Assembly: GCA_043228905.1 (NCBI GenBank)
Contig: JBHGNT010000005.1
Location: 5,270,001-5,334,000, forward strand
Source of the DNA: Azolla caroliniana
Lineage: Eukaryota > Plantae > Polypodiophyta
DNA: 64,000 bases
Direction: 5' to 3'
Shown here: positions 22,099 to 33,323 of the stretch, piece by piece
Numbering within the stretch: position 1 is the stretch's first letter
Layout: each line of letters begins with the position of its first letter
Notes under the pieces: generated by a model
The model's database searches: none
Seen by the model: only the letters and a program-made list of their open reading frames with translations
Told to the model about the DNA's origin: nothing
Translations under genes and position numbers: made by a program

Positions 22099-25000
22099 AT
22101 GAGAGGCACATGGAGGTTGGCAATGTAGAGAAGGCCCTTGCCAGAAGTGCTGGAGAAGCCCTCCCACATGATGTCCAGATGCTATTGGTGACTTCTAGAA
22201 GATTATCCATGGAGCAGCACCATGACAATCCCCTGTCATTGTGCTTAGTGAACAACACCTTATCCCAACCATCGCGAACCTTGCAAGTTGCCTTGTAAAC
22301 CTTCTCTTCGCAGTGTTGCGCTGACTCTGTGTATTTTGCTATCATCTTTCTTTATGCAGTTTTGCCATAGCCTTTTGGGTGCAAAACCATCCTAAGTGTC
22401 AATGAACATGGAAGCAATATATGATTTTGCTTGTTTTCCCACAAGGGAGAACTTTGTATAGGGTAGAGCCTTGTATGAATTTTATTATGTACTAACTTAT
22501 TGGTGTTTTTTCCACAAAAATCATTATTAGTATCAGTTTACTATCACTATAATTATCAGTATCTTGATTGTTAGGGACCATGGCTCATTTCCTATTGTAC
22601 AAATTGTTTTTCTTATATTCCACCTTTAACAACTTATCGCATAATGTCCAAAATAGTGGGACCAAAATCTTATGCTACCAAGTTCAGGTTTTCTTAATAG
22701 CATATGCTATTTGTTTTTCAGTTTATAGTTTCATTAAGGTTCAAAGGTCATTTGGGAGTTTTTCAGCGTGTTTTTATCAAGTGGAAGGCTAGATTGGGGT
22801 GCATCTTGTATGTGATCTATTCTTAAAAGCCAGTGGATTTGTTGGTGATTGGAATTTGGAAGGAACCCTTCTTGGGTTAGACATAGTTGGTTTTGAACTT
22901 TTGTGTAATTCCAAATTGGAAAACAATTCCCTATACCATGGGTTCCCCAAACTCCTCCTTTGGATTGTGCATAAGTTTCTAATGCACTTTGCTAGATTGC
23001 CATGGTTTCCCCAAAATCCTTCTTTTGGATTATGCATATGTTTCTAATGCACTTTGTTAGATTTGTCAATCAGAATGTAGCATGCTTTAATTGGTTTTTG
23101 CTCGGCTTCATATGCGTAGCATAGGACATGTGGCATACTGAAATTGCCTTCCCAGACAAAACATGAGAAGATCTCATGGACTCAATAACTAGACAAAGAA
23201 AATCCCTAACATGAGGAGGTCCCACGTCTTCGATGCAAGGTGGACAATGTCCTTGACTAGAAAATCTTGATATATAACAGTGTGGTTGTAGAACAAAGTA
23301 TTTCATATTGTGGTGCACAAAGCACCACAATATATCCATTTAGTCTATGTTTATGTATTTTTTGCTTTGTCCATATGTATGAAGGGTTTTACTCTATCTC
23401 AAGCCAATTCAGAATTCACTAACCATTTGGGTACGTAAAAGTAAGAGAAACCCATTTGTCTCCAAATTTAGATTCCTTGATTCAAAACTTGTACCACTTA
23501 TGTGGACTCTTCTCTACTTGAATATTTTGGGGAACTTAGCATAAAAATAAATCCCATATATATATATGTATGTAATCTTTTACTTATTCTAAACTTTGAT
23601 AATTGAGTTGGCCATGAAGTATATTGTTGCCCTTAATGTGCTATCGTCTACTTATTGTGTATTTCATGGAAAAGGTGGCATATTTAAATCAATGTGCTTA
23701 TCTAAATTTATCTTTCGGTTTGCCACATTTGCTACAAATTTGTTTGAAAATTGGGCTACATATCCCCAAGATTCTAACATAGTCACCCTTCAACATTCCA
23801 GGATTTGCCACAATTTGCAATGCAACTTATGCCAAAATAGTGATGAGGTGAGGGGCAAGAATAGAGATTCTTAGCAGGCAAACTCTTCAATGCAATCTAA
23901 CATATTGCGTTCATACATAAGGTGCATTGCATTTTATGTTTTGTGCATGACCGTGTCATTAAGATTTAGCTTTGAGACCACAAGACAAATCCTCTAGTTC
24001 TAAGTGTTCTTCTATCAATTTTATGACAATGGAAACAGAAATTAAAAGTAGCACATTGATTTATTTAAATTTCGGAGAACTTACAAGTTTAAGAATGTTT
24101 CAAATCATGATATTGTGGTGTGGATGTGTTCCTTATGTGCATTTCACAATATTAAGCATAATACATTAATTACCATATATCAAACAACTAATATAGAATG
24201 CCATGGAAATGTGTAATACAAACACATCAATGCATATAAATGAAGGTATATGTTGGGCTGATGTAAATAAGATTCATGCTTTACATACATAATTGTAATA
24301 CATGTGGGGTTATTGGCTGATCAAATATATTTACAATCACATCCCTAAAACTATAAATTACTATTAAAATCGTTGATATGAGTTTTGGTTTACCTAGCAC
24401 TCTAGAGCATCATCTTTCATTTTCTACTAAAGAGAAATAGGCACAATCAACAAAGCAAAAATCCCTTGGACTTTGGGGTTCTCCTCTAGCAGCTTTATTC
24501 TTTGTCGAATATTTTTATGGATTTATCAATAAGGACACGAATATAGACAAGTTTGGGCACTTTATCTTAAAACAAAACCAATTACACTACAATGACACTT
24601 AGTTATCAACATACAGTAAGTAAGTAGGTGGCATTATGTGGAAAACATGATGGGTTGCTATCCCTTTTTAACTTCTCGTTTCCACCACAAAAAAGAATGC
24701 ATTAAGCTATTTAAACCCTGACTCACATATATTTCATTAATATTTCATACTATATACCATATACTATTTGAATGTTACTGCAAGAGATATGGAGTGAAAT
24801 TGTAGCCAATCTAAAGAGCCAATATGATGGCCTCAAGGACAACTCCGATGGAGTTGAAAGATAACGAATAGCCTTCATCCAACAATGGTCTTCCTCTCCC
24901 TTTCTTGAGTTAGTGGGCATCCACATAAGATGGAACTATCCCGTCCCTACAGGGATTTGTACATAATCGTCTCATTTGTAAAATTTTATAACTAATGGAA

Positions 25001-27665
25001 GGAGTTTTTTTCTGGAAAGAATATATATATATATATACTATTTGAATGTTGACATCTAGTGCCACTATTGTGCAAGAAACCATTATCAAGCAACAAAGAA
25101 AATGTACACCCATTTGGATTCAACACCCATTTACTTTTAATGTATGCAAATTGCAATTCTGAAAAGGTGGCTTGTCTAGTATAGTTTCAAAGTGAGAAAT
25201 GATATCATCATGATGAGGCAACATGGACTTTATTCATTTAAGTTTCACACTCTAAGATACACGATCTTGATTGTTGCAATTACTAAGAGATGTATAGCTT
25301 TATGTCAAGTATTCAAAGGGTTGTTTCCATGTTTTAATATTTATATGTTTGATCTCCATGAAACACGTTTCACATTTCCATGAGTATTAAGTGCCAAAAG
25401 AACATTGAACCAAGTGGTATTATAAATAGTTTTTCAAAAGATTGTGGTCGATCCATAAAAAAGAATCAATCAAACGCATCAAGGTGAGGGATAGTAATTT
25501 GTCATAAACTAGTTAGAGGTCTCAAGGAAATGTGTTGATACTTTTGGTTGCATATGCAAAACTAGTTGATGCTAACCCTTATTTATAGAGCAAGAGACCT
25601 TACACAAGAGACACATTAGGAGGATAAACTTTTGTAGGTAAGAACTAGGTTACAACAGTTGAAAGCGCTTAGATGGGATGCCATTACTCTTGAAATTCTT
25701 ATCACATTTTAGGACTATTTGAACGATGCATTAGTATACGTGACAAATCAAGTCTAGAAAGATTCATAATTGCCTAACTCATAGAAAAAGGGTTTGATCA
25801 AACTTTGTCCAAAGAAGAAATCATGTGAAACATTTTTAGATTGGGGGCCAATATAGCTTATGCTATGATATATAAGTTGATTATTAAAGTCTTGGCGAAA
25901 AGAATTAAAGAATAATTTTGTAAAGGCATTCATCCTAATGAAAATGATCTTATCCATGAATACAAATAATCGATAACATTGGTAGTGCCTATATTGGTGT
26001 GTAGTGTGCAAAATACACACATATAGATATAATGATAATGCAAGTAGATATTGAGAAAGCATTTGATACTATCCATTTAAATTTTGTGGAAGCTAAAATG
26101 CAAAAGATGGGGCTTGAGCATAAAATGTCAGAAATGTTTTATTGGTTATCTGAAAATAACTTCAATAATGTATATTGTATAAACAATCATGGATTCTTGG
26201 ACATTATATGATTTGGTGAGGCAAGATAACTCTACTAGTACATTACTCTAGGCAATTACCATTCACCCATTTTATTATAGTTCAATAATCTTGTGACAAC
26301 TGGTCAATTACATTGGTTACAACTTACAACCATCAAAATGCAAGGGATCTTGTGCCTTAAGCTTATGAGAATGACTCTTATTTTATGTCAAACAATGATC
26401 CCCAAAATATGCAACCAATAGCAAATTCTCTTGAGTTGTATGTTCTGGTTGTTGGATATGTGTCAACTTCATTAGATAAAAAATCTTACTCCTATATTCA
26501 TGTGATTGGCATGCACATGTAGGATTAGGGCACATAATTTGCACAAACGAAATACCAACACATCTCGGATACCCACTTGATTGCAATGCAACAAAGAAGA
26601 AGAGGATTGAATGGGTTTTACAAAATGTCAAACAAAAGTTGAATCACTAGAAGATAGCAACCTAGCCATTGCATGTATGCTTATGAACAATTCAATCAAT
26701 ATTGATGGCTTATCTACTAACATTACTGCTTCCTCATTTGCCAATATATGTCTTCAGTCTCCTATGTTTGGTATTTGGAAAATCATTTGTTGGGAATGTG
26801 TTTGGCAAGTTTAATGGTGGAATGAAAGGGCATCCATTTAGCACCAAATTGATCAAAGATCAGAAGTTAGTAGTGCAAAAGGTCTTAGGATGCAATAGAA
26901 ATATATCCTCAGGTTTATCACTTAAGCAATGAATGTACTAATGTAGATGTTTATATATCAGGTTAAATTCCAATAGAGAATCCCACCTAGAGAAAAGGAG
27001 AACCATTTATTCTCTTCATGCGAGATGTTGTAGTGGATCACAAAGAATGATTCACTCGTTATGGCCTTGTTCGTCACCAATAAAGGTTAGCCATCAGCTG
27101 AAGCCAATGTTCAAACTCAAGTTTCCAGAGATATAGTTCACAAATCATTTTTGCTACAAGGCGATGCCATCTTTTACCATTGGGTCAGATTTTGGGCATT
27201 TTAGACCATTTGGATAAGTCAGAATCATGTGGCACTTGGTTAGATGCCTATTGTGGAATTTCATTTCTTAAAGTCCACTTTGAGACGATCTCTTTATGAT
27301 AGTCTCCAATTTATAAAAATCCCTCCAAGAGATGTTTCAATTTCATTTTGGGCACTGAAATTTTGTTTACTTTTGTTTTTCACGGGGTTTTACCTCCCAT
27401 TGAAGTTTTCCACTAGCAATATTATGTATTGCCAAAACAAAAATACAAATTTCTTAATGTGATGGTTTACAGCTACATCACCTACTCCAAGAAAAGCTTT
27501 CAATTTTTGTTTGAGTGCCTGCGAGCACCATATTGTCCAAGGGTATTTTTGTACATTAACATTCTTTTGTGGATTTTCAACTCATATTGAGGTTTCTCAA
27601 CAGTACCACAGCTCATAACTAGGAAAAATCTATTCCGCATTTTTCTATGCTTTACTTCCTTTGGT

Positions 27666-27728
27666 ATATATCATAACAAAAAGGTCTTCTTTCGTGTATA
27701 TATCATAACAAAAAGGTCTTCTTTCGTG
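27666..27728. repeat. 32-bp direct duplication at the point where the minus-strand PPR ORF ends
   Basis: ATATATCATAACAAAAAGGTCTTCTTTCGTG appears twice in tandem. Confidence 0.9.
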
Positions 27729-29016
27729 CATCCGCATGTAAGGCATGACCAAGTTCTGAAATAACTTTTACCCTATAACCATGTTCATCAGCAAGAGTTT
27801 TTTCTCTCTCCATGAGGGCAGTGCAAGCATGAATAACAAACATGAGAGTATGCTGATCTTCATTCACATATGATGATTCCTTCATTTGTCTATACAAAAG
27901 CAAAGCATTTTCGACGTGGCCATGTTCAACATAAATACACAACATTGAATTCCATGAAACAACAGTTCGTTCTGATAGTGCTTGAAATGCATACTCGGCA
28001 TCCACGATAGAGCCACACTTTCCATATACATTAACTAATGTGGTACCTAAAAAGACGTTTTCCGAAAATCCCATGCTCTCAGAGACCATATGTAATGCTC
28101 TTCCAATTACAAGAACCTCGGACTTTATGGGAACAACCTCTTTGTTCTCAGCCACAAGTATACCACATGCACGAAGCGCAAAAACAATAGAGAGATGGTC
28201 AGGTTCAACGCCCTCTTCCTTGACCATCCTTGTATAAAGCAATAGAGCCTTGTCTCCTCTTCCTTCTTCGACATAGGCAGAAAGCATTGCATTCCACGAA
28301 ACGACATTATGGTGATGAGGTGACATTATAGAGAACACATGCTCCGCTTCCTGAACCATTCCACACTTCCCATACATACTAATCAGCGTGGAAACAATCC
28401 TCACATCAAAGGCAAAGCCAATTCTTAGAGCATCAGAATGTAACGCACGTCCAACTTCCGAAGCCCACGATGAGATGAGACATTGGTTCTTATGTGCTTT
28501 TTCCTCCTTTCCAGGTTTTTGGCCATTTTCACTTTTTACATTGGATGTGAGAATTCCACAAGCTTGAAGACAAATAACAAATGTGACCGCATTTGGATGC
28601 ATGCCTTCCTCTCTCATCTGCCTATATAATAAGAGTACCTTCTCTCCTTCACCATTTTTGACATATACAGATAACATTGCATTCCACAACACTACATCAA
28701 TTGCCTTAAAACCCATTGCAAACACATGCTCTGCTTCAAGAATAGCACCAAATCTTCCATAAAAGCTTACAACAGAACTTACAACGAGTGCGTCTTTTAC
28801 AAGACCTATGCTTTGAGCACAGTCATGAAGCTTCATGCCTTCTATCAAGTTTCCTTGGTTGCCAAGAGCTTTGAAAAGGCGAGCAAAATTCAGCTTTGTG
28901 GGTTCAAAGCTCTCTATGTTATTGCCATAAGTCAGGCCTCCATAAATAGAAAAGGGTATATTTAAGCCTTTCGAACAAAAAGGGGCATTCCTTCGTGGAA
29001 TAATCCGAGAATTCAT
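27703..29016 (-). CDS. PLS-class pentatricopeptide repeat protein, C-terminally truncated (possible pseudogene)
   Basis: Repeated motifs VVLWNAMLSVY/VVSWNAMLSAY/VVSWNSMLCIY, TLISMYGKCG, GRALHSDA. The ORF stops inside an L-type motif at a 32-bp direct duplication, with no E or DYW domain. Confidence 0.85.
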   Translation of the reverse strand: MNSRIIPRRNAPFCSKGLNIPFSIYGGLTYGNNIESFEPTKLNFARLFKALGNQGNLIEGMKLHDCAQSIGLVKDALVVSSVVSFYGRFGAILEAEHVFAMGFKAIDVVLWNAMLSVYVKNGEGEKVLLLYRQMREEGMHPNAVTFVICLQACGILTSNVKSENGQKPGKEEKAHKNQCLISSWASEVGRALHSDALRIGFAFDVRIVSTLISMYGKCGMVQEAEHVFSIMSPHHHNVVSWNAMLSAYVEEGRGDKALLLYTRMVKEEGVEPDHLSIVFALRACGILVAENKEVVPIKSEVLVIGRALHMVSESMGFSENVFLGTTLVNVYGKCGSIVDAEYAFQALSERTVVSWNSMLCIYVEHGHVENALLLYRQMKESSYVNEDQHTLMFVIHACTALMEREKTLADEHGYRVKVISELGHALHADARKKTFLL

Positions 29017-29069
29017 GAATTCACTCTTCTTTCTCTTACTGTATTGTTAGTTTGAATGTCTGCCAATCA

Positions 29070-29605
29070 TCACATTCTGAAAGGGAGGACTTCTATCACG
29101 AATTCATACAATCCAAACACTCTACAAAAATCTTCAAAAACTACTCCAATTTTACACACACCCATATTGTGCTTTCCGCCATCACATCCAATTAATATCA
29201 TCATGTCTTCAAGAGAATGAATCCCTCTCGAATTTATATTATCCAACCACTCTACGTACATCTTCAAATGCTACCACAGTTTCATACACATTATGTTTTC
29301 AACCATCACATCTGATTGATGTCATTACATTTCTGAGAGACCAAATCCTTTTCAAGCTCATACAATCCAAACACTCTACATACATTTTTAAAAGCTGCCA
29401 CAATTTTCATATACATGCTCATACCATGAGTTTTTTCTTCTCAAAAATCACTTCCAATGGAATCACGTATTTCATGAAGCGGGTAATATACCTTTTTATG
29501 CCACATTGCATACAATCTTGAGAAAGCCTCTGAATCTCCAAGATTTTTTGCAGGGAAAGATTAGGTTTTCTTGCAGCATTTCTCCATGCCATGGAAAAGC
29601 TCTTA
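29070..29605 (-). pseudogene. Inverted degenerate copy of the 5' coding end of the + strand PPR gene (about 30917-31235), with its last ~125 bp triplicated
   Basis: 29571-29591 is the exact reverse complement of 30931-30951. Further collinear matches on the minus strand: GATTCAGAGGCT, GTGATTCCATTGGAAGTGAT vs GTGGTTCCATTGGATGTCAT, TGTGGTAGCATTTGAAGATG vs TGTGGTAGCTTTGAAGATG, TTGGATGTGATGGCGGAAAGCACA vs TTGGATGTCATGGTTGAAAGCACA. Confidence 0.8.
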
Positions 29606-30008
29606 AAAATTCAGTGAAATATATACATGCATACATACGTAAATATATCTACATATATACACATGCATGTTGATGTATATATCTCATCTCTTTCAAAACA
29701 CTCTGTTTACTTCAATAACCGTAAAGCTAATTCTTCATATGCTTCCATAACCTTTTCATAGGATGAAAAATATGTACCTCATGATTTCGTCTTTGAGCGT
29801 AGGGGCAAATTGTTCCGATTAGCATAAGATTACCCCAAAATGCCACATTATTTTACCTAATTCCCTGGCTGGCATTGGATTGGAGAGCCGGCAGCCATTG
29901 TTGCATTCTGCCACTTTCCGGAGTGCCACAAAGATTAGTACAAAGTTCAGGCTAGCCCCCAATCAACTTTCGTTGATCACATTCTTACCAATCAATTTTC
30001 TCATATAA

Positions 30009-30044
<36 letters not shown>

Positions 30045-30915
30045 GTATGTATATTATGTATGCCATTGAAGCAAATTTGTCCACTCTTACCACAATTCAT
30101 GTGTTATGCTAGGAACGCCTAAAAATGGTCGAAGTTCGAATGTTTGGAAACCTTATTGAAACAATTCGTCTGTGATCTTTTCAAGTGTCACCACAACTTA
30201 GGGAAGGGAGATGGGATGTGGTTTTATCACTTCCTACAAGTTTTGCCTTTCCTTAATGTTTTGCTTGCACAAGGCATATATGATATGATGTGTTGGGACG
30301 AACCGAGGATAATGGAAGCGGGACGTAAGCCGACAAATTGTTCATTTTTCTTGAATGATAGGATATTCTAGAAGTCTTCGAGGCCAAGAGAGAGGAGAGA
30401 TGGCTACCTTCCCTATACTCACAATTTGTCTCTTTTGATGAAGTGTTAGTGCATGTCGGAAGCTCAAATATCTCCTTGCAGTAACATTGGACAGATTGTT
30501 GAACGTGTTTCGAAACAATACCATATACATAGATAATAAGTAAAAGGAATTTTGTGAAAAACTCTAAAATGCCCCTAGGGTTTTATTTATTTCCTCAAAT
30601 GCCCTTTGATCAAGAATTATACGTGGAATTATGTAGTCAAATCATCTCCATCCCTTCAAGGAAAACTCTGGGGTGCCCGGCCCGTGGGGTATTTTTCCAG
30701 GGTGAAGAAAATCTCAGGGGCATTTTCCAGCAATCGAAAAACGATTCACGGCTATTTCAGTATAATAAAGATAGAAAAATGCAGCGGCATTTCCGGCGTT
30801 TTTCCCAAACAGTCTTCTGAAAGAGATATGTTTTGCCCATGTTCCAATCAGAAGGCATCGTTGAAGAGTAGGAAGAAAAGGAAGAAAATGTGGGTCGGGT
30901 AATCTATACCTTGAT

Positions 30916-33069
30916 ATGAAGAGATTCTCGTGGCATGGAGAAATGCTGCAAAGAAGAAGACCCATATCCCTTTTGAATCTTTCGGATTCAGAGGCTATTA
31001 AGCTTGATTTAGAGGTGTATCGAAACCTTCTACATGACTGTATCAATAGAAAATCTATTGAAGATGGTAAAATGGTACATACCCACATCATAAAACATGT
31101 GGTTCCATTGGATGTCATGGTTGAAAGCACACTTGTCAACATGTATATTAAATGTGGTAGCTTTGAAGATGCATGCCGAGTGTTTGAATGTATGGATTCA
31201 AGAGATTCCGTGTCTTGGAACATGATGATTGGTGGATATTCAAATCACAAACGTCCGAACGATGCAATCAATATGTTTTGGGCAATGGTGAAAGATGGAT
31301 TTAAGCCCACAAAGATCACATATGTTCATGTTTTAAAGTCCTGCACTGACTCTGGTTTACTAGAGCAAGGTAAGAAGTTTCATGAACTCATTAAGAAAGA
31401 GGGGATTTCTGATGTCTTCGTGGGAAGTGCCCTTATGGGTATGTATGCGAAATGTGGTTGCATAGATGATGCACGGTTGGTTTTTGAGGAAATGAAGGAA
31501 CACGATGTGGTTTCGTGGAATGTTATAATTGGTGTATATGCTGAAAGTGGGAACAGTTTGGAGGCTCTGAATCTTTTCAATAGAATGCAGGAAAATGTGC
31601 CTCCTAATGGGATTACTTTTGCAAACACACTGAAGGCATGTGTGAATTCAGTAGATGTCGATCGTGGCCGAGAAATTTATTCCCTTATGGTCAAGTGTGG
31701 AATAGAGATGGATATCATCTTTGGAAGTTGTCTTTTAGATATGTATGCCAAATGTGGGAACATTGCTGATGCATGTCATGTTTTTGATTGTCTGGAAAAA
31801 AAAGATGTTGTAACATATAATGTCATGATTTCTGGTTATGCGCAATTTGGGCTTGGGAATGAGGCTTTTAAGCTTCTGCGTCGGATGTGCGATGATCGAA
31901 TGAAACCAGATAGGGTCACGTTTTTAAGCTTATTGAAGGCATGTGTGGGGCTTTCATCCCTCACATTAGGAAAGAGGGTGCATGTGCATATCATACTTTA
32001 TGGTTATGGCACCGACATTAAGATCGGAAACACTGTGATTGATATGTATGCCAAATGTGGGAGTATGGTGCATGCACAACAACTTTTTGATCAATTGCCC
32101 ACAAAAGATGCCATCACATGGACGGCGATGGTAGCAGGTTATGTACAACATAGGCAGTTTAATGAAGCTTTCAACCTCTTTTGGGCAATGCAAAATGAGT
32201 TTATAGAGCCAACTGAAGCAACATATGTGAGCATTCTTAAGGGGTGTGGTGAAATAGGTTCATTGGAGCAAGGGCATCAAATCCATGCGCTTATACTAAG
32301 GAGTGGTTTCCAGACAACCATTCCAATTGAGAGCACACTTATAGACATGTATTGCAAGTGTGGGAGTGTGAAACGAGCCCGTGAAGTTTTTGATCAAATG
32401 CGAAAGCATGACGTTATCTCTTGGACAGCCATGATAATTGGTTATGCTCAGCATGGGTATGGAAAAGAGGCTCTGATAATAACAAAAGAGATGCTTGCAA
32501 AGGGTGTGATTCCTGACCACATCACGTTTATGGGCATTCTATCTGCATGCAATCACATGGGATTAGTGGAGGATGCTCTCTCTTACTTCCATTCAATGAG
32601 TGAAGACTATGGTATAATGCCAGGACCTGAACACTATGGATGCTTAATTGATTTGCTCGGGCGGGCGGGTCATTTGGATAAGGTAGATAATCTTATGAAG
32701 AAAATGCCACGTCAACCGAATGCTATGGTTTGGACATCTTCATTGGGTGCTTGTGGAATCCATGGAAATATGAAGTTGGCAACACATTCCTCACAGTGTC
32801 TTCATAGTGTAGAACCAGGAAATACTGCAGCTTTTGTTCTGCTTTCTAACATGTATGCAAAATCTAGTGATATAGAAAATGTTCCAAATGATGGAAGAAC
32901 AACAAGAATAAGAAGTACAGAGATTGGAAGCATGGAAAATGAGGCAGTGTATAATTATATTGAGGTGAATAACAAGGTAAATGTTTTCAGTTTTGAGTAT
33001 TCTGAACATCCAGATATGCATGTGGCCAATGACAAACTAGAAAGATTATCGGAAAATTTGATGACATAG
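30916..33069 (+). CDS. PLS-class PPR protein with E/E+ extension (organellar RNA-editing factor type), intronless
   Basis: About five P-L-S triplets (MYAKCG, DVVSWN, PDRVTFLSLLKAC), the P2-L2-S2 block (PDHITFMGILSACNHMG, EHYGCLIDLLGRAG), E motifs (VWTSSLGAC, FVLLSNMYA) and a PG-box-like YIEVNNKVNVF...HP. Confidence 0.93.
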   Translation: MKRFSWHGEMLQRRRPISLLNLSDSEAIKLDLEVYRNLLHDCINRKSIEDGKMVHTHIIKHVVPLDVMVESTLVNMYIKCGSFEDACRVFECMDSRDSVSWNMMIGGYSNHKRPNDAINMFWAMVKDGFKPTKITYVHVLKSCTDSGLLEQGKKFHELIKKEGISDVFVGSALMGMYAKCGCIDDARLVFEEMKEHDVVSWNVIIGVYAESGNSLEALNLFNRMQENVPPNGITFANTLKACVNSVDVDRGREIYSLMVKCGIEMDIIFGSCLLDMYAKCGNIADACHVFDCLEKKDVVTYNVMISGYAQFGLGNEAFKLLRRMCDDRMKPDRVTFLSLLKACVGLSSLTLGKRVHVHIILYGYGTDIKIGNTVIDMYAKCGSMVHAQQLFDQLPTKDAITWTAMVAGYVQHRQFNEAFNLFWAMQNEFIEPTEATYVSILKGCGEIGSLEQGHQIHALILRSGFQTTIPIESTLIDMYCKCGSVKRAREVFDQMRKHDVISWTAMIIGYAQHGYGKEALIITKEMLAKGVIPDHITFMGILSACNHMGLVEDALSYFHSMSEDYGIMPGPEHYGCLIDLLGRAGHLDKVDNLMKKMPRQPNAMVWTSSLGACGIHGNMKLATHSSQCLHSVEPGNTAAFVLLSNMYAKSSDIENVPNDGRTTRIRSTEIGSMENEAVYNYIEVNNKVNVFSFEYSEHPDMHVANDKLERLSENLMT

Positions 33070-33323
33070 GGTTAGGTCAAAGGTTAACTCAATAAATCAG
33101 CAAAGAAGACCAGGGTTTCTTGTTTTCATGCAACAATAACGATAAGCTCACCATTGCATTTGCATTATTCAAAACTTTCTGTATATTACCTATTTGTATA
33201 TTCAGCAACCGATCTACTTGATGTATAGCCACAATGTGACAAATTATAAGCAAAATTTGTGGGCATCAAATAACTTTGAACAAGGGTTTTTTCCTTGTGA
33301 ATGTAAATTGCACTGAAGTCTAG
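33070..33323 (+). pseudogene. Decayed DYW deaminase domain remnant 3' of the PPR stop codon
   Basis: A shifted frame from about 33132 reads NNNDKLTIAFALFKTFCILPICIFSN...ISKICGHQITL, which lines up with the DYW consensus HSEKLAIAFGLI.T....PIRI.KN...ISKI.GREI.V. It contains stops and has lost the zinc ligands. Confidence 0.7.

Noticed and set aside
21390-22345. Two long antisense ORFs (259 and 261 aa) over the repeat protein
   Set aside because: The GC-rich 42-bp unit simply lacks stops in those frames. The + frame has the promoter, the hydrophobic N-terminus and the synonymous-change pattern.
25700-27660. Degenerate coding-like sequence downstream of the truncated PPR gene
   Set aside because: Probably an old transposon, but no motif could be assigned to a family with confidence.
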